Made by a program: the position numbers and the translations under genes
Shown: piece by piece, positions 1 through 11,887 of the stretch
How positions within the stretch are numbered: position 1 is the first letter of the stretch
Layout of the letters: every line of letters begins with the position of its first letter
The notes under the pieces: model-generated
Database searches by the model: none
Told to the model about the DNA's origin: nothing
Seen by the model: the letters and a program-made list of their open reading frames with translations, nothing else
Source of the DNA: Mizuhopecten yessoensis
Lineage: Eukaryota
Assembly: GCF_002113885.1 (NCBI RefSeq)
Contig: NW_018404533.1
Span: 126,987 to 171,918 of the forward strand
DNA: 44,932 nt
Direction of reading: 5' to 3'

Positions 1-320
1 ACGAAGTCTTACGGAAGATGCAAAGTTACTCTCAAATATTGAGGGCATTTACATGAATTGTATAGCAGCAAATTAACACACATGCACAAGGAACATATTC
101 ATTCACAATAGTAAGCCTGAACACAGGATGCAATAGACTTTAACAAAAAAATAAAGCGAAGCGAAGGATGCAGGAAATTAATTTTGAGTTACACATTAAA
201 CAAAATTCCATGTCTAAATGTAAATAAATATAGCTAAATTTCGAATAATAACAAAATGATATTCATCTTCAATTTTAGCACACACACTACAATATCGCAT
301 TTCTGCAGGTATTGGGTTAG

Positions 321-615
321 GTCTATAGATAGAACTGTAGAAAAGGCTGGGCGGAACACTTCTCCGACGACAAGGTAGCTCAACTGGTTAGAGCGAAAGT
401 ATAACAACTTGAAATCCTGGGTTCGAATCCCGGTCTAGCATCACTGAATCTATTATTGACTTTAGATTGTTTATTTCATCTTATCATTTCTCATTGACGT
501 TCCGCAAGGTATAGGGGTTTTTTCTCAGAAATTATTAATCAAAATTATACTCATGCCGAAACAGGTTCGATCAATGTTACAGTTTTTGGCAGTGGTGTGA
601 CACAGGGACCCTTAA
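321..615 (-). mobile_element. TTAA-flanked TIR element family K (Kolobok-like), copy A, truncated
   Basis: Ends GTTACAGTTTTTGGCAGTGGTGTGACACAGGGACCC-TTAA (TTAA 612-615), the reverse complement of the left end at 2789 and 23323. 321-440 aligns with the reverse complement of 2967-3085. Other terminus missing. Confidence 0.75.
374..438 (+). promoter_or_regulatory. tRNA-like Pol III A/B-box module inside element K
   Basis: A box GGTAGCTCAACTGGTTAGAGC and B box GGTTCGAATCCC at tRNA-like spacing; no proper anticodon arm or acceptor stem. Confidence 0.7.
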
Positions 616-963
616 AATCCAGCAAAATGATAAGGTAGCATGGTATCAAATGACCCTTTTCGTTTTAACGTCTCGTTGTATTCCTATTTGTCTTAATGTC
701 TTTATTGTGACCGATATCTAGGTTATTTTCAATAATTAATGCAAGAGTCCCTCAACAAATCTATTACTTTCTTTGGTGAAAAAGTGTCTTCCCCCTAAAA
801 TCAAACTTTACCTGTATATAGCTGAAACTGGGGTTCATTTGTAGCTCCACCTCATTTCGCTAGTGGATAATTATGATTCTGTTTTCACTCAACATATATA
901 TTTCTGTGAAAAAGTCTTAAATATGACCAAAAAATAATTATATTACTCATGAAGTCGGTAGGT

Positions 964-1093
964 CTTGTACTTTAACGGTATAAAAACGTAGATAAAAATA
1001 AATAAAAATGTAGATCATGGTCATAGAAAAGCTTGTGTAATGCGGGGCAGATCCTTGTCAGTAATGCGCTTACTTTAAAGCTTTTGTCACATG
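964..1093 (+). repeat. ~130-bp dispersed repeat, second copy at ~1870-1995
   Basis: Both share TGTACTTTA.CGGT...CATGGTCA.AGAAAAGCTTG...TTGTCAGTAATGCGCTTAC; likely old TE fragment. Confidence 0.7.
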
Positions 1094-1294
1094 CAGTATG
1101 ACGTATTTAATAAGGAGCATGCATTTATGAGTCAGGAACATATATCATCAATAAAAACTTATTTGCGAGTTAATTTTTCGAGATGAAAAAACAATCTTGA
1201 AATCAAATATTTCGCCAAAATGTATCCAGACACTCACACTTTTAGAGTCGATGTTACATGCTAGATATCACTCACACGTTATACTTGTGATGTT

Positions 1295-1590
1295 TGTAAG
1301 AGTAAAGGTTATTTGTTACCTTACCCATTATATCTGTGAGTTGTGTTACAGTTAAGGGTATATACTACCTTACCCATTATACCTGTGAGTTGTGTTACAG
1401 TTAAAGGTATATACTACCTTACACATTATACCTGTGAGTTGTGTTACAGTTAAGGCTATATGCTACGTTACACATTATAAATGTGTTTTGTGTCAGAATT
1501 AAGGTTATATGTTTCCTAACACATAGTACCTGTGCTTTATGTTACAGTTAAGGCTATATGCTACGTTACACATTATACCTGTGATTTGTG
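1295..1590. repeat. 49-bp minisatellite, ~6 copies
   Basis: Unit CCTTACCCATTATACCTGTGAGTTGTGTTACAGTTAAGGGTATATACTA; related degenerate array at ~22115-22570. Confidence 0.9.
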
Positions 1591-1869
1591 TAACACTCAA
1601 GCCTCTCCGTCCTTTTTTCTCTAATTTTCTTCTTTCTTTAGGCCGCATTTTTTTGAGAAAATAGTATTCATTCCTATTTGTATCCCTTTTTCCCGAAAGT
1701 AATGACTTCTATTTTAACTTAAACCGTCGAGGAGGAAATTCCATTTTATCTCCAACTCTATTTTCTAGGGATTTATATGCAAACCATGCAAATGATTTCT
1801 GTGGGAAAAAAACACTAAAATAGAAACCAGTTTAACAACAGCAATTATCCCAGTACCGTTGCATAGAGC

Positions 1870-1995
1870 ATGTACTTTACCGGTGTGAAAAGATAGACAA
1901 AAACGGTAAAAATAATTCATGGTCACAGAAAAGCTTGTTTAATTCGAGACAGATATTTGTCAGTAATGCGCTTACCTTGAAGCTCCTGTGATATG
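1870..1995 (+). repeat. second copy of the ~130-bp dispersed repeat
   Basis: Aligns with 964-1093. Confidence 0.7.
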
Positions 1996-2792
1996 AGTTT
2001 GATGCATGCCATAGGCATTGAAATTAGGTTGAGGGCGGAGAGATAGCAGTCATGCAAGCTATGCAAAGCTGTTCTTCAAAAAAAAAATCCGATGATAAAT
2101 CAAAATAAGGATTTGTCTTTTTAAAATGAAGCGACGGAATTCTTCTTAGAAATACAAAGGGATGATTTTGCACTTATTTTTGTATCGACTGAAACATCTC
2201 GTAAATATTAAGATCTAGTTGACGTCGGTCGTACAGTATCAGCTGTTGAGATCGTAAGGTCAACGCCGTTCTGCATTGACCACTGGTCATCTCAGTGTCG
2301 CCGTTTTGACAACGATACGGCACAGACACCGGTTGCTAGGGCACAGTTCCTGTTGCTAACGATGTGTGTCCGGGATGTGTCCTTATTTGATTGATTAGAG
2401 CGCTGGTCATTCCTGCACCCGTCGTCTAATGCAGAGTGGACATTGCTGGTCACTGATTAGTGAACTACACTGCAAGGTCACGTGGGGCTGGCAGCGTGGT
2501 CAGCTTCTTTCCTATTGAAACCAGGCGCAACATGTCAATTGCAGGGTCACAATGTATCTGTACAGTATTTTGAATTACTTAAAATCACGTTGTTTCATAT
2601 TTCTAGCTAGTTCTGCATTAAAACAAACAATTGGAACATCTTTTGGAAAGGAAATTTATATACATTTCGCAGCCGTTCATTGTATGGCAGAAATAAGCGT
2701 AATAAATACAGAAGAACATGTTGTTTTGTTATAATTTGTTTCCTTATCTCTAATTTTGACTAAAGCGGCTTCACGCAGTCATTAATATTTAA

Positions 2793-3472
2793 GGAACCCC
2801 GTACCACTGCTAAAAACTGTAACTCAATGTTGGAAACGGTGTTTTCCGGCATTGCTGTAGGTCTGAAAAGAAAATCATACCTTATGGAACATTTATGAGA
2901 AAAACTAAAGATGAAATATATAAAAGAATATAATAAATAGTAGTGTTTTGAGTGTACAAATTCTGTGGGGCTAGACTGGGATTCGAACCCCTAACTTTGT
3001 TTCCTATATTATTGCCCTTACCGACTGAACTTCCTGGTCATCGGAAGTGTCCTGCCCGAAATATTCTATAGTTATATCCAAACGGACGTTAAGGGGAGGT
3101 TACTGTATATAGGGGAAAAACACAGTGCAGAGGGACAGGGAACCTTAATGAAGTTAAAGGGAGGTTACTGTTAAGAGGAAAAAAACACAGTGTAGTGGGA
3201 CAGGGATTCTTAAGGAAGTTAAGGGGAGGTTACCGGATATAGGGAAAATACAAAGTGCAGTGGGACCCAGGGATCTTTAAGAAAGTTAAGGGGAGGTTAC
3301 TGTATATAGGGAAAACACACAGTGCAGTGGGACCCAGGGATCTTTAAGAAAGTTAAGGGGAGGTTACTGTTTAGAGGGGAAAACACAGTGTAGTGTGACA
3401 GGGATCCTTAAGAAAGCTAAGGAGAGGTTACTGTATATAGGGAAAATACACAGTGCAGTGGGACAGGGATCC
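2793..3472 (+). mobile_element. element K copy B, both ends present, right end amplified
   Basis: TTAA(2789-2792)-GGAACCCCGTACCACTG ... CAGTGGGACAGGGATCC-TTAA(3473-3476): ~17-bp imperfect TIR. Internal minus-strand tRNA-like module (GGGATTCGAACCC near 2978). Confidence 0.8.
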
Positions 3473-3476
3473 TTAA
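3088..3476. repeat. ~65-bp tandem array (6 copies) made of the element K right terminus
   Basis: Units start near 3088, 3153, 3218, 3285, 3352, 3416: GTTAAGGGGAGGTTACTG...ACACAGTGCAGTGGGACAGGGATCCTTAAG. Confidence 0.9.
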
Positions 3477-5087
3477 GTAATATCCCCTCCTTAGACACCA
3501 AGACTTCCTTATCCCCGTGAAGTAGTTTACTGTGTAATCAATACAAAACACAGACGTGTTGTGGTTGTGACGCCATTTTTATATTTATCAATATAATGCT
3601 TGACAGTTTGCTTCAAATAACACAGTGAATAATAGCTTAGAATCAATCGCTCAGGTGACTAAGACTTTGTAGGATTATTGTTCTGTTAATACATTTTCCT
3701 TGGCTATATTAACACAAAGCAATTTTCAATCCAATAAAGAATGGTTAATGTTTAAGCTCTTCCTGTGGTGAGCGTAAGTCAAACAGTTCATAACGGTTTA
3801 AAAACTGAGGAAAATATCTGTCAGCCAATATGTAAAACAAAGATTTTCATATTGCATCTAAATTTTAACCGTCCATATTAGCGGCAGAAAGGTAGTGTGT
3901 CTAGTATGAATACATTTATTTTAATCATACACAATCACTTCACAATAAACTTGTCCAAGACAATGAAATTGATCAACCGGGGTTCCAAGTTGACAGTTGA
4001 TAACTGATTTGTGCGTTTCCGATATTCTGCCTAACAAGGCTGGTCAATTTCAGTGCCCTGGACATTGATTGCTGCGGTCACTGGATTCCGGACATTGATT
4101 GCAGTGCATGGTCACTTTATGCTGGACACATGTGGTACAATGGTCAAATGGGGACATGTGTAGTGTAAATGAAGTCGGGACCAATTATACTGGGCCATAA
4201 AACACCATCGGATGTGTCACCCTACAACTATAAATAGTGAAAGCTCTGTCAACTTAACGTATCGTTAAATAAATTATTCAAATTTAATTTGTTCAAAATA
4301 AATTTCAAATTCAAAATTTTGTTCGTCATGCATATCCGATTGTGATTACTTCTAATCCGTGTATACATAGTTTTAAATCGTTATTATTTGAAGTATGAAA
4401 TAAAATCAAGAATTCAAATATTACTGCAGAGCCCTTGTATGCTGCTCAAGCTTGACGAAACGGTGTCCAAGACAGCGCGTGCAGTGGATGTGTTACATTC
4501 CGCGTGTTACAAGCTGCAATACAGTGCTGGCATTTAATCTTGACCATGTCCTGTTTGTCATTAATGATTGTAGGCGAAGCTGTGAGGCATTGATTGTCAA
4601 TAGGGGGCGCCACCGTTGTATTTCTATTTAACATGTGATGTGGTGAGTCACATGTCCTTGTGGTTTTGTAAACATGGCGTTGTTTAATTCCGTATAACCG
4701 AATGGTGATATACGATGACAAGTGTTTTGTGCGACAACACCGTCTTCAAACACAGAAGAATATGTCCTATGAAACGATTCTTTCTGTCGAGAATACAATA
4801 CCTGTCACCAAGTTTCAATCCTCAATTGAATTAGATAACTTGTGTTGATGATTCATTAAATCCTCTCTTTTGAGACCGACACTACTTTTGATACAATAAA
4901 GCCTGCCTGGTAAGACCACCCTTCCTTGGTGCAATAGAACCTTTTTTCAGGACCATTCCCTTTGACTATGAAATAGAACCTGTCTTTTGAGACCTCCTCT
5001 TCTGTCGAGACAGCAGAGACTGTCTTTTGAGAACACCCCCTTTGTAGATGCAACAGAGCCTGTCTTTTGAGAACACGCCTGTTGATA

Positions 5088-5273
5088 TTCGGTCTTTGCG
5101 TATTGCAGAGTTATCTTCTCTTGAGAACAGGTATTGCTTGTCACGTCATTTGTTTGTGAGAGTAACGTCATCAATTTTTGAGAAAGCGACGTAACTTTCT
5201 CACACAAACCAATGACGTAACAATCAATACCTGTTCTCAAGAGAAGATAGCTCTGCAATACGCAAAGACGGAA
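5088..5273. mobile_element. 186-bp palindromic MITE (family P), copy 1, nested in the satellite
   Basis: TA-TTCGGTCTTTGCGTATTGCAGAG...CTCTGCAATACGCAAAGACGGAA-TA; long inverted arms; four copies in the window. Confidence 0.92.
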
Positions 5274-5452
5274 TAACAGAGCCTGTCTTTACAGAACACC
5301 TCTCTGTAGATGCAACAGAATCTGTCTTTTGAGAACACGCCTCTCTTGATATAACAGAGCCTGTCTTTACAGAACACCTCTCTGTAGATGCAACAGAATC
5401 TGTCTTTTGAGAACACGCCTCTGTTGATATAACAGAGCCTGTCTTTACAGAA

Positions 5453-6314
5453 NNNNNNNNNNNNNNNNNNNNNNNNNNNNNNNNNNNNNNNNNNNNNNNN
5501 NNNNNNNNNNNNNNNNNNNNNNNNNNNNNNNNNNNNNNNNNNNNNNNNNNNNNNNNNNNNNNNNNNNNNNNNNNNNNNNNNNNNNNNNNNNNNNNNNNNN
5601 NNNNNNNNNNNNNNNNNNNNNNNNNNNNNNNNNNNNNNNNNNNNNNNNNNNNNNNNNNNNNNNNNNNNNNNNNNNNNNNNNNNNNNNNNNNNNNNNNNNN
5701 NNNNNNNNNNNNNNNNNNNNNNNNNNNNNNNNNNNNNNNNNNNNNNNNNNNNNNNNNNNNNNNNNNNNNNNNNNNNNNNNNNNNNNNNNNNNNNNNNNNN
5801 NNNNNNNNNNNNNNNNNNNNNNNNNNNNNNNNNNNNNNNNNNNNNNNNNNNNNNNNNNNNNNNNNNNNNNNNNNNNNNNNNNNNNNNNNNNNNNNNNNNN
5901 NNNNNNNNNNNNNNNNNNNNNNNNNNNNNNNNNNNNNNNNNNNNNNNNNNNNNNNNNNNNNNNNNNNNNNNNNNNNNNNNNNNNNNNNNNNNNNNNNNNN
6001 NNNNNNNNNNNNNNNNNNNNNNNNNNNNNNNNNNNNNNNNNNNNNNNNNNNNNNNNNNNNNNNNNNNNNNNNNNNNNNNNNNNNNNNNNNNNNNNNNNNN
6101 NNNNNNNNNNNNNNNNNNNNNNNNNNNNNNNNNNNNNNNNNNNNNNNNNNNNNNNNNNNNNNNNNNNNNNNNNNNNNNNNNNNNNNNNNNNNNNNNNNNN
6201 NNNNNNNNNNNNNNNNNNNNNNNNNNNNNNNNNNNNNNNNNNNNNNNNNNNNNNNNNNNNNNNNNNNNNNNNNNNNNNNNNNNNNNNNNNNNNNNNNNNN
6301 NNNNNNNNNNNNNN
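5453..6314. other. assembly gap inside the satellite
   Basis: Run of N. Confidence 0.99.
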
Positions 6315-7790
6315 TGTCTTTTGAGAACACGCCTCTCTTGATATAACAGAGCCTGTCTTTACAGAACACCTCTCTGTAGATGCAACAGAAACTGTCTTTT
6401 GAGAACACGCCTCTGTTGATATAACAGAGCATGTCTTTACAGAACACCTCTCTGTAGATGCAACAGAATTTGTCTTTTGAGAACACGCCTCTCTTGATAT
6501 AACAGAGCCTGTCTTTACAGAACACCTCTCTGTAGATGCAACAGAATTCGTCTTTTGAGAACACGCCTCTCTTGATATAACTGAATCTGTCTTCACAGAA
6601 CACGCCTCTGTTGATATAACAGAGACTGTCTTCACAGAACACGCCTCTGTTGATATAACAGAGTCTGTCTTCACAGAACACTCCTCTGTTGATATAAAGA
6701 GCCTGTCTTTTGAGAACACCCCCTGTTTTGATACAACTTAAGTCTTTTGAGAACAGCACTTCTGTCGAAACAATTCATACTGTCCTTCTTTGAGAGGCCA
6801 TCCTTCCGTCTAAACATCAGAACCTGACGTAAGAAATCATCTATATTGACTTTACAGCAGAATCTGTGTTGACATAAGAGACCACCCTTTCATCAAAACA
6901 GTAGAACTTGTCGTGAGAGACCATCTCTACAGATTTTACAGCAGAACCTGTTTTGTAAGACCATCCTTCTATCTAAATAAGATTCTGTCTTAACAGACCA
7001 TTTTCTCTCGGTACATGAGAATTTGGGTGTGCGAGACCACCCCTTTTTCCGGTATATATTCGTCCTGTTCGTGCGAAACTCTGTACAACTTGGGCCTATA
7101 CCTTATTTGTTTAATATAGCTGAGTGTTAAAACACCTGCTAATACAGGTAGATAGTGTTTTTCTGAAGGAAATTGGTTATCAATATTCTATTTAATATGT
7201 AAATTGATCATCTGATATTCAATAAATGTTACACAATATCTTCAAGAAATCGTGCATATCTCGCTTTGTTGAAATCCGTGTTTTCCCAACGAATACATTG
7301 GAATTTAAAACAAAGATGTAAATATATCGCCTGTCACTGCAAATAAAAATATTAGTTATAAGAGAACTTCAAATACGCGACACAAAATTAATGAATTAAT
7401 AATGAATTAATCACGCCATTATTCCAGATGTTTATATCAATGTTGATATCGGTTTTGCTATGATTTGATACGAATATGCTATATAGCATTTTCAGCGATG
7501 AATATCGGTGTTTATACATATATATTTACATTTCCACTGCAAGTTCCTCTATGAGCAATACAATAGGAGATTGCGTTCATAGGTCTATAAACGCAATTGG
7601 ATCAGCGTTATTTCGAAGCTCTTCCTCACACCTCGAAAAACATGACACAACCACTAGAGGCAAACATCTTGATGACGTTAAGCTGTTCCAGGAATCTCGT
7701 ATGCGCTGGCGACATAAACACTTCAATATCGGAAGTATAATAGAAAATCCGTTTTGACATCAATTATAAGTAAAAGTTTAGGATGTAAAT

Positions 7791-7865
7791 ATAAAGATTG
7801 AACGGCATTTTTCAATGTTCATGCTGGTATAAAATTGAAAAAAAAAAATGTCGTTCAATCCTTAT
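7791..7865. repeat. short fold-back, MITE-like remnant
   Basis: ATAAAGATTGAACGGCATTTTT ... AAAAATGTCGTTCAATCCTTAT, 22-bp arms with 2 mismatches. Confidence 0.65.
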
Positions 7866-8577
7866 TTTATGCAATTTGTCACAGCACGCTGTTTCACGTA
7901 AATTGCTATGCATTCAGATATAGATGCCAAGTTTCATTTATCGAAGAAGGATTATAGATATAAATGTGTCTCAAAACTGTGTTAATGAAACAAGTATAAT
8001 GTCATTAAAGCAATACCAAGTCTGGTCAACGTTCCTTAACGATGAAACTCCTTAAACTCCTGTTGTTTTCCCGTTAGAAATGGAGTTAAATCAAAAGCAT
8101 AACGAAATTATCTTAAAGGTTCTCTGCACTAATTTTTCCTTCAAACGTATTTTACTAACATTGAACAGTCAAAGGAATTGGACACAAGATCTTCCAACTT
8201 ACTAGGCCCTCTCTCAACAACACAATGTACAACAAGCACAAATAGTTAGCATGTGCTCAATAGTTGAAATGAGAAGAAAGAGAAAGGGAAGGAAGTGAAG
8301 GAAAAGGTGAAAAGGGGGATCGGAAGGTAGAGATGTTCTGGTTCCATTAGATGTCCACTAAATTGTTGCAAACCTTTTTGTAGATTTTATTGTAGACGGT
8401 ACAGCGATGATAATATCGACATTACCCCACTGCAGGCAAAGCGACAAGGAATTCCTTTGCAGTCATTCCACTGGAAAGCATTGCTTGATTTAAAGTTTGT
8501 GAAACGATCCTTCCAATGTGACCGAAAAGTAAGGACCTGTTTCAATTTAAGGAACGTTTATAAACATTGGACGAGTT

Positions 8578-9071
8578 AGGGCCGCGGTGGCCGAGTGGTT
8601 AAGGAGTTCTGTATATTTCTCGTTACATAGGAAGATTATCTCAATCTATAATTCTGGTGCTAATTCATGCATCACTTGTTGACCTTTAAAAAGTCCCATC
8701 ACACATTTGACGGGTTGGAAGCTGTTTTATACAAGTGAAATATGTATGTACTTAGTTATTCCTTTTAGTTACTATTTGTGATCTAGAATATTGTTTTATA
8801 AGATAATTGAGGGACCTTCTGGGACACCACCCTGGAAGCCCTATTTGCATGGAAAATAACAAATTAAAAGATTTTAAAAATGCGTCTTGGTCGTCTCCGA
8901 TCACTAGCCCTCCTCATCCGGGTTGTACTGGGTTGGTGGGGCAGTCACCAGGTACTGGCCGTTGGTCGGTGTTGTTTTTCCGGGCACTCCGGCTTTCCTC
9001 CACCACAAAAACCTGGCACGTCCTTAAATGACCATAACTGTTAATAGGACGTAAAACAGAAACAAACCAAA
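8578..9071 (+). mobile_element. tRNA-derived SINE (MetaSINE-like) interrupted by a ~280-bp insert
   Basis: Head GGGGCCGCGGTGGCCGAGTGGTTAAGG; core GGTCGGTG..TTTTTCCGGGCACTCCGGCTTTCCTCCACC; tail CCTGGCACGTCCTTAAATGACC..CTGTTAATAGGACGTAAAAC. Direct repeat TGGACGAG at 8568-8575 and 9072-9079 is a likely TSD. Confidence 0.85.
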
Positions 9072-9853
9072 TGGACGAGAATGAGTTTATATAGATTTAA
9101 GAACTAGGTTGGTGCAAGAATTGTGTCGGCAGCTTTTAAGTCAAATACAGCTATTGAGTCAAGGCAACATGTTCTATGAAAAAATAACCGATTGGTTTTC
9201 CTCCTTCATGTCACAAATACAAAATATGTCTAAAATAAACTGCGATGGTTATGCATATGAATCAAAACGCACACTCTTTTTGTCAAGCGAGAGGAGCTCG
9301 CCCAGAGCATGAATGCAATGTGATAGAGTGGAAAGTCACGTGATACAGACAGATAGATGTGTTTCATACGTCACGTGGTTCACGCTCACTTATACCACAA
9401 TAGCAGACGGTCAATAAATTAGTCTCATTGATACAAAATTAATGAAACATGACTCCTGTATGACTTCCTCCGACACAGGCCGACAGAGGACAGACTATAC
9501 ACGTCTGGTGTGCCTCGGTCTTTATCGCCACGTCCATATCACGCGGAACTCCTCTAGGGAATACGCCGCTCGAAATAGATATTCTTTTCACAAGTTCATA
9601 TATATCGTATGATATTCCGTGTTTTGTCCGTCATCAACAACCAATCATAAAGCAAGCATCACACATTTATCAGCTGAATAGAACATTGATTATTTTGACT
9701 CCCGTTGATGTAAATACAATTTACACTCATTCAAAACGCGGCTATCGTTGTTGTCTATATAGTTGTTATTGCAGAGTGGCTGCGGTTTGTATTGGCAATG
9801 ATTTTCTCTCCATGATAAGTTGTGTGAATGAGTGCTTCTCATGTTGTTTGTTT

Positions 9854-10013
9854 TAAGGAATGATTTTTATTTTTTCAACATTTATGAGGTCATAACAACA
9901 ATGGGTTTATGGACATATTGAATGAATCGCGTTAGCGATTCATGTAAAATATGTCCAAAAACCCATTGTTGTTATGACCTCATAAATGTTGAAAAAATAA
10001 ATATCATTCCTTA
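9854..10013. mobile_element. 160-bp palindromic MITE
   Basis: TAAGGAATGATTTTTATTTTTTCAACATTTATGAGGTCATAACAACAATGGG ... CCCATTGTTGTTATGACCTCATAAATGTTGAAAAAATAAATATCATTCCTTA; near-perfect arms, tiny loop. Confidence 0.85.
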
Positions 10014-10710
10014 TATTTACATTGACGAATCCTTTCAGTGGATCGATATAACAACGAATAAAACAAATAAACAGGGTTTGTTCCTGCTTATACACGGGTG
10101 CAACGCAGTGGCGAGAACAGTGTTTTTTCGCGGGGAAATGTGACACTATCGTGAGAGATCTTAGCAACCGTCAACAACAATAACACAACAAAATGTAGTT
10201 CCATATTCAATGTTTATTTGTAGCACAGGACACGTGAATACGTGGATATTTCACAAAGCACAGTTCAATAATATTTTAAGATGTAAGAATTAAGCATCTA
10301 GGTCGGTCGTTCCGAGTGAGTAGTTTTTGTAGTGTATTACTACGCAGTGTGATCAGGTTACTATCAGTTCCCACGTGCTGAGATTCTATGAACACCTGTG
10401 TTATGCATTTATGAATGTATTTTTTGTCAATGGGTCTAAGCATACAGAATGTAAATATTTACTTATAAAAGAGCCAGAATTGTACAGCGTTTTTTCTGCC
10501 GTCTTTGTTCGTCAGTGGGTTGCTAATATTAAGGGTCTTAAGAACATTATAGAAAACTAATGAAATGGAAATAAAACAAATATCCGTTATGGGCTTGTCT
10601 ACACTACAATCATACGATTAGATATTCTTAGATACTATTTAGTGTAAAGTAAAATCGCCATTGTCCATGTCATCGTGGTCTGTGCTATCAGGAAATAAAT
10701 CAAACTTAGG

Positions 10711-10898
10711 ACAGACAGACAAACAGACACACAGACAGACACAAAGACAGACAGACACATAGACAGACACACAGACAGACAGACACATAGACAGACACAC
10801 AGACAGACACACAGACAGACAGACACACAGACAGAGACACAGACACATAGACAGACAGACACACAGACAGACACACAGACACATAGACAGACAGACAG
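10711..10898. repeat. compound (ACAG/ACAC/ATAG)n microsatellite
   Basis: Visible directly; source of the CLSV-type ORFs. Confidence 0.97.
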
Positions 10899-11161
10899 GC
10901 ATGCAAAGCGTACCAGATGTGGTATTATAATGTTGGTAGTTTTGAAGTATTTTATATAATATTATCTTAGTTGTGATCGTGAGGGTTGGTTCGGGAGAGG
11001 CCAGTGTCGGTCGGTTCTTTGTATATCGTGTACCCGTATGTTGCGGACACTTCGCAAAGCTTGTCACTGCAAGCTTATTTGTCTTATTCCCGCCCATCAT
11101 TTCTTGAGACCTACTGGAGACGATATTGTTTAAAACAAGGGACACAACTCTGGTAGATTTG

Positions 11162-11887
11162 TATGGTGGCATATTTCTGCCATCCACTTGCGACTTACGA
11201 GTTACGTATGTCGACATAATTATTGAAAGATGTCGACATAATCTGAGAAGATGTCGACATAACTTTTAAATTATGTCGACATATTATCACATTTGCCGAG
11301 ATAATTTTGCCGAGATAATTATCTCGTAAGTGGGTAACTCGGCTTTTTATCGTGTTAATGCTCGGGTGTGACATCGACTTACGACTTGCCACTTACGACT
11401 TATTTATGTAAAATCCCTCTTTGATTGATAAACTCTGTACATCATAGTAACCTACTGTAATATCCATATCTTTGATTTCCCATATTTACATTGATTTTAC
11501 CAAGTTACTCACCAGTATAGTCACCACTGTTCAGTCACCATCAGCCCACCTTCGCGGTCCTCGTGCACAAGCCTCGTTTTGGTAAGTCGGCAATAATCTA
11601 CTAGGATGTCGACATAAATAAGTCGTAAGTGGCAAGTCGTAAGTGGCAAGTCGATGTCACACCCGAGCATTAACACGATAAAAAGCCGAGTTACCCACTT
11701 ACGAGATAATTATCTCGGCAAAATTATCTCGGCAAATGTGATAATATGTCGACATAATTTAACAGTTATGTCGACATCTTCTCAGATTATGTCGACATAT
11801 TCTCAGATTATGTCGACATCTTTCAATAATTATGTCGACATACGTAACTCGTAAGTCGCAAGTGGATGGCAGAAATATGCCACCATA
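11162..11887. mobile_element. 726-bp non-autonomous DNA transposon, IS3EU-like
   Basis: Termini TATGGTGGC...GCCACCATA; ~250-bp near-perfect TIRs with ATGTCGACAT subrepeats; exact 6-bp TSD GATTTG (11156-11161, 11888-11893). TAY..RTA ends with a 6-bp TSD fit IS3EU. Confidence 0.88.

Larger units (their letters stand above)
4870..7045. repeat. 36-bp satellite with homogeneous 72-bp dimeric core and degenerate flanks; spans a gap
   Basis: Alternating ACAGAGCCTGTCTTTACAGAACACCTCTCTGTAGATGCA / ACAGAATCTGTCTTTTGAGAACACGCCTCTCTTGATATA; 12-aa periodicity in the ORF track. Edge units read ACAGYAGAACCTGT...GAGACCAYC. Confidence 0.9.

Noticed and set aside
374-438. Functional tRNA genes here and at 13000-13070, 19441-19533, 24510-24570
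   Set aside because: A/B boxes only, no full cloverleaf, and embedded in repeats.
5224-6759. 511- and 424-aa ORFs
   Set aside because: Satellite sequence read through an N gap.
10635-11217. CLSV-rich ORFs
   Set aside because: Microsatellite translation.
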